64,000 nucleotides of DNA from Tubulanus polymorphus (lineage: Eukaryota; Animalia; Nemertea), in NCBI RefSeq assembly GCF_964204645.1, contig NC_134031.1, forward strand, positions 15,859,807-15,923,806, given 5' to 3'. The notes under the pieces are model-generated. The model worked only from the letters and a program-made list of their open reading frames with translations. It was not told where the DNA came from and made no database searches. Positions 61,101 through 64,000 of this stretch are shown piece by piece. Position numbers and translations under genes: made by a program. Positions within the stretch are counted from its first letter, which is position 1; the number at the start of each line of letters is the position of its first letter.

Positions 61101-64000
61101 AGCTGAACATCTCCAACAAGAAGCTGGTGACGATGCAAGTAATTCCAACGAAAAGATTGATAACAATAAGACAGATATAGGCTGTACTTGGCTCCTTGAA
61201 TTTGAACGATGCTGGATACATCATAGGTGTGATAGACCATCTGTAAAACATATAACATATTTCTCTTAATTCCTTTAAGATGAAGAAATATCTTTAAGTT
61301 ACTGAATATGTGAGGTTTAACCATTGATAAAACGCTATATCCGCATTACGATGATAACCTACAGAGAATCCCACAATGTTAACGAAAAATAATATGAAGT
61401 CTGAAAATGTTTCCATGAGCTCGTAGTTAATTCGAAGTTTCGACTATGATGTTCTAACAGTCATCTTCAGGGAAGGCTACTAATCATTAGTATTCCTATT
61501 AGAATATAGTCGAAATGTCGCATAAGTTACTAGTTCCCTGAAGATAACTATCAGAATATAGTCGAAACGTCGAATAGCTCAAGGAAACATTTTTGGACTA
61601 AATATCGTTCTTTCTTTATCATTTTTGGATTCTCTATCAATAACCGGAGGTTTACTAACCCATAGAGCAGGAACAACGAAACCGTGGCCGGGAAATTTGT
61701 ACCCGACACGTACGCGGGAATATCGAATATTTTCAGAATGATGATACAGCAGCCAGCAGGAATCACGTAATTACACTAGAAAAATATCAACCGAAAATCA
61801 AGCAAAACCAGTTCATACTAAGATACTTTAAGGATCAATCAGATTTCTAATTATACGTACCATATCCCAGAAGTAGTTAGCCGACCAGTAAATAATCGGA
61901 TTGACGCCGGATACGAATTGTAAGTGTTTAGCTTTGATATGACGTTCGTAGACGAGAAACAGAACGAAACTGGCCGGAACAAACGACATCGCGACGATAA
62001 TGAATATCGATATGAGCACGTCGGAACCTTGCAATCTGAAAATAATCGAAACGAAAATATTCTCAAAACGACGAATGAGGTTCCCGATTATTGAGATAGA
62101 ATGCGGAAGAGAAGGGAACAAGTAATAGAAGTGTTTGCTTTGCTTACATGTAATCCATACTCAGCTGGTTATTGGTATTATTTATCGGATGGTTAATCAG
62201 AGTTATACCTGGAAAAAAAAAATTATCATTATGAACAATTTTGGAAAATTACAAAAATTTCGGAAATTTACAAAATATTGCAACGAATCGTTCAATTTTA
62301 CCGTAGGCGGCTGGATTTCCCTTTTCCACTGGTAAGTTGGCGCGTAAAATGGCGTTGTTTATCGTATTCAAATACGCCGGCATCGAATGGTAGCCTTTGT
62401 CGTTGTACCAAACTTTACTGACATCGCGTACGGCCAAACGACGGAACAATCCAGGCGCATTCTCCGCGAAATCCTCCGGTACGAATTTCCTTGCATATCC
62501 CGACGTTATCGCTCCATATCTATAAAACAGAAATTTTTATGAGGATTTCACAATCCAGGTGTGGATCCAGAGGGTGCTTTGGGTGCTAGAACACAGCCAC
62601 CGCTTTCAAAAATGTCCCTTTTTCATTTTTAGTTTTTCAATGTTACTTCTCAAAGTACAAGGTACATTTCGAATATATGAATGATCAAACTTAAAATGCT
62701 CAGAACGCAAGAAAGTGAGACTAATTTTCAAAAATTTCTTGGGGACGACCAGCTAGAGGACTCCCCTTTGAAAATCCTGGATCCACCATGATTCCAGAAG
62801 TGGATGTTGTAATGTGAACTAGATGGATAAGAATGTATCAGTAGTTTTTGATACCTGTTCAGGCGATATTCATCATGAGTATTCAGGAAATATTCCGGTT
62901 CATTTTGTCCAGTGATGTCCAACAACTTTTCATTAGTCAACGCTTTATAAGCGGGCGGACGCTTATAATAGGAAGGACACAAGAATCCCCGTCCATCTTT
63001 AGCACAGCGACACTCTGGATAAAACCGAGCCATGGCTTCCTGAACTGAAAATACAAACATTATTGCTCAAATAATTTTCAGCAGGTGCAGCAGGAGGCAT
63101 TGCGAAGGAGCCGTTTTATAACCTGGTGTCAAATCAGCAAACAAGACAAATAGTACTTTGAAGGTAAACTTTATTTATTTGAAGTACAAGCTTTTGCTAC
63201 TACTGTATTGTAGCTTCATCAGCTTAAAGAGTTTCTGATGAAGCTGCTATATACTAGCTGCAAAATCTTGTGCTACAAATAATTCAAGTTATCCTTCAAA
63301 GTACTATTCTTCATGGTTCCCACATTTACATGGATTAGAAATTCCCAGGTTTCTTTATGGGTGATTTTTCAATTTTCCCAAATGGAAATGAACAGGTATC
63401 GTCATGTTACGGTCAACATTTTAGTGATGGCTGGTTGATAAGGGTGATTCCCGAGGGAAATCGCTGAAGAAAGTTGCCCTTGGCAAATGCAATACGTGAA
63501 ATATAAATGAATTTCCCAAATATGTCCCTGATTCAAGGAAAATTTTCAAATTCCTACATATTTCCAAACTGGGAATTATTGTTTAAAAATTCCCAAGTTC
63601 CCTGTACCCTGGGAGCCATGACTATTTGTCTTAACGCATAAATTTTTTGTGTCAGATGCATGTAAATTTGTTGCCGTTTATCCCTCAGAATGAACTTACT
63701 CGTTTTCATATGAGCTTCTTGCGATGCATTTTTCTTCTCGGTCGCAGCCGGTATTATATAGGACGGAGGCATGTAACTCGATAAGTGAAATCCTTGCACG
63801 AAAACGTCTCTGCAACCCGGATTGAAATACGCCGACAAAAAGTCCCACTTCTGCTGGTTGTCCAAACGTTCCAACTGGTTCATAACCTGCGGTAGCGAAT
63901 CGAACGGATTTTGAAACGGCGTCTTCAAAATACAAGTGGCGCTGATTCCGTAGTTCAGAAGCGAATCGATAACCGCTCCGGGCTGCGCGTCTTCGGTTTT
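58146..64000 (-). CDS. ABCA2: ABC transporter A family member 2-like, 3' part (second exocytoplasmic domain, TMD2, NBD2)
   Basis: [64 protein letters not shown], Walker [10 protein letters not shown], signature [24 protein letters not shown]. Last exon [15 protein letters not shown] with the stop at 58146-58148. Confidence 0.9.
59221..59522 (-). mobile_element. tRNA-derived SINE
   Basis: Minus strand A box TGGGCAAGTGG and B box GGTTCAAACC, then GTGTCCTTGGGCAAGACAC...CACCCAGG and a GCGCTATATA tail. Flanking direct repeat TTACCGGTA. Confidence 0.75.
61320..61635. mobile_element. Short Penelope-derived hammerhead palindrome in an ABCA2 intron
   Basis: Arms AGAGAATCCCACAATG.../...TGGATTCTCT; CTGAAGA...AGTCGAAACGTC at 61538-61571, an inverted motif at ~61431-61473 and a partial third copy. 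Confidence 0.7.
63149..63308. mobile_element. Second family of hammerhead-core palindrome (degenerate)
   Basis: Arms AATAGTACTTTGAAGG.../...CCTTCAAAGTACTATT around AGCTTCATCAG..CTGATGAAGCT. The GAAA core is mutated. Confidence 0.55.

Overview
AT-rich, intron-rich animal DNA, probably a marine invertebrate (inferred from composition, repeat types and gene structure). Genes in order: most of an ARHGEF10-like RhoGEF (+); a nicotinic-receptor-like pentameric channel subunit that has lost both Cys-loop cysteines (-); three paralogous secreted Ig-like-domain genes (two +, one of them frameshifted; one -); an uncharacterised 3-exon gene preceded by four tandem ~1.8-kb copies of an apparent CRE/X-box promoter plus first-exon cassette; a GPI-anchored Ly6/three-finger gene; an intronless ECH1; a 10-finger C2H2 gene; and the 3' part of ABCA2 (-). 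The most unusual region is a ~10.5-kb non-coding array (30659-41210). It holds 20 copies of a ~62-nt three-way-junction motif alternating with structured cargo modules: ~75-nt hairpins and a ~360-nt multibranch fold. Its stems show plus-strand G.U wobbles and compensatory changes, so it behaves like selected single-stranded structure rather than a plain satellite. A head-to-head Penelope GIY-YIG/pLTR palindrome with minimal hammerhead ribozymes inserted into it and was co-amplified in a ~2.3-kb higher-order repeat. Short hammerhead-bearing Penelope-derived palindromes, MITEs and tRNA-SINEs fill the introns. All coordinates and folds were read by eye.
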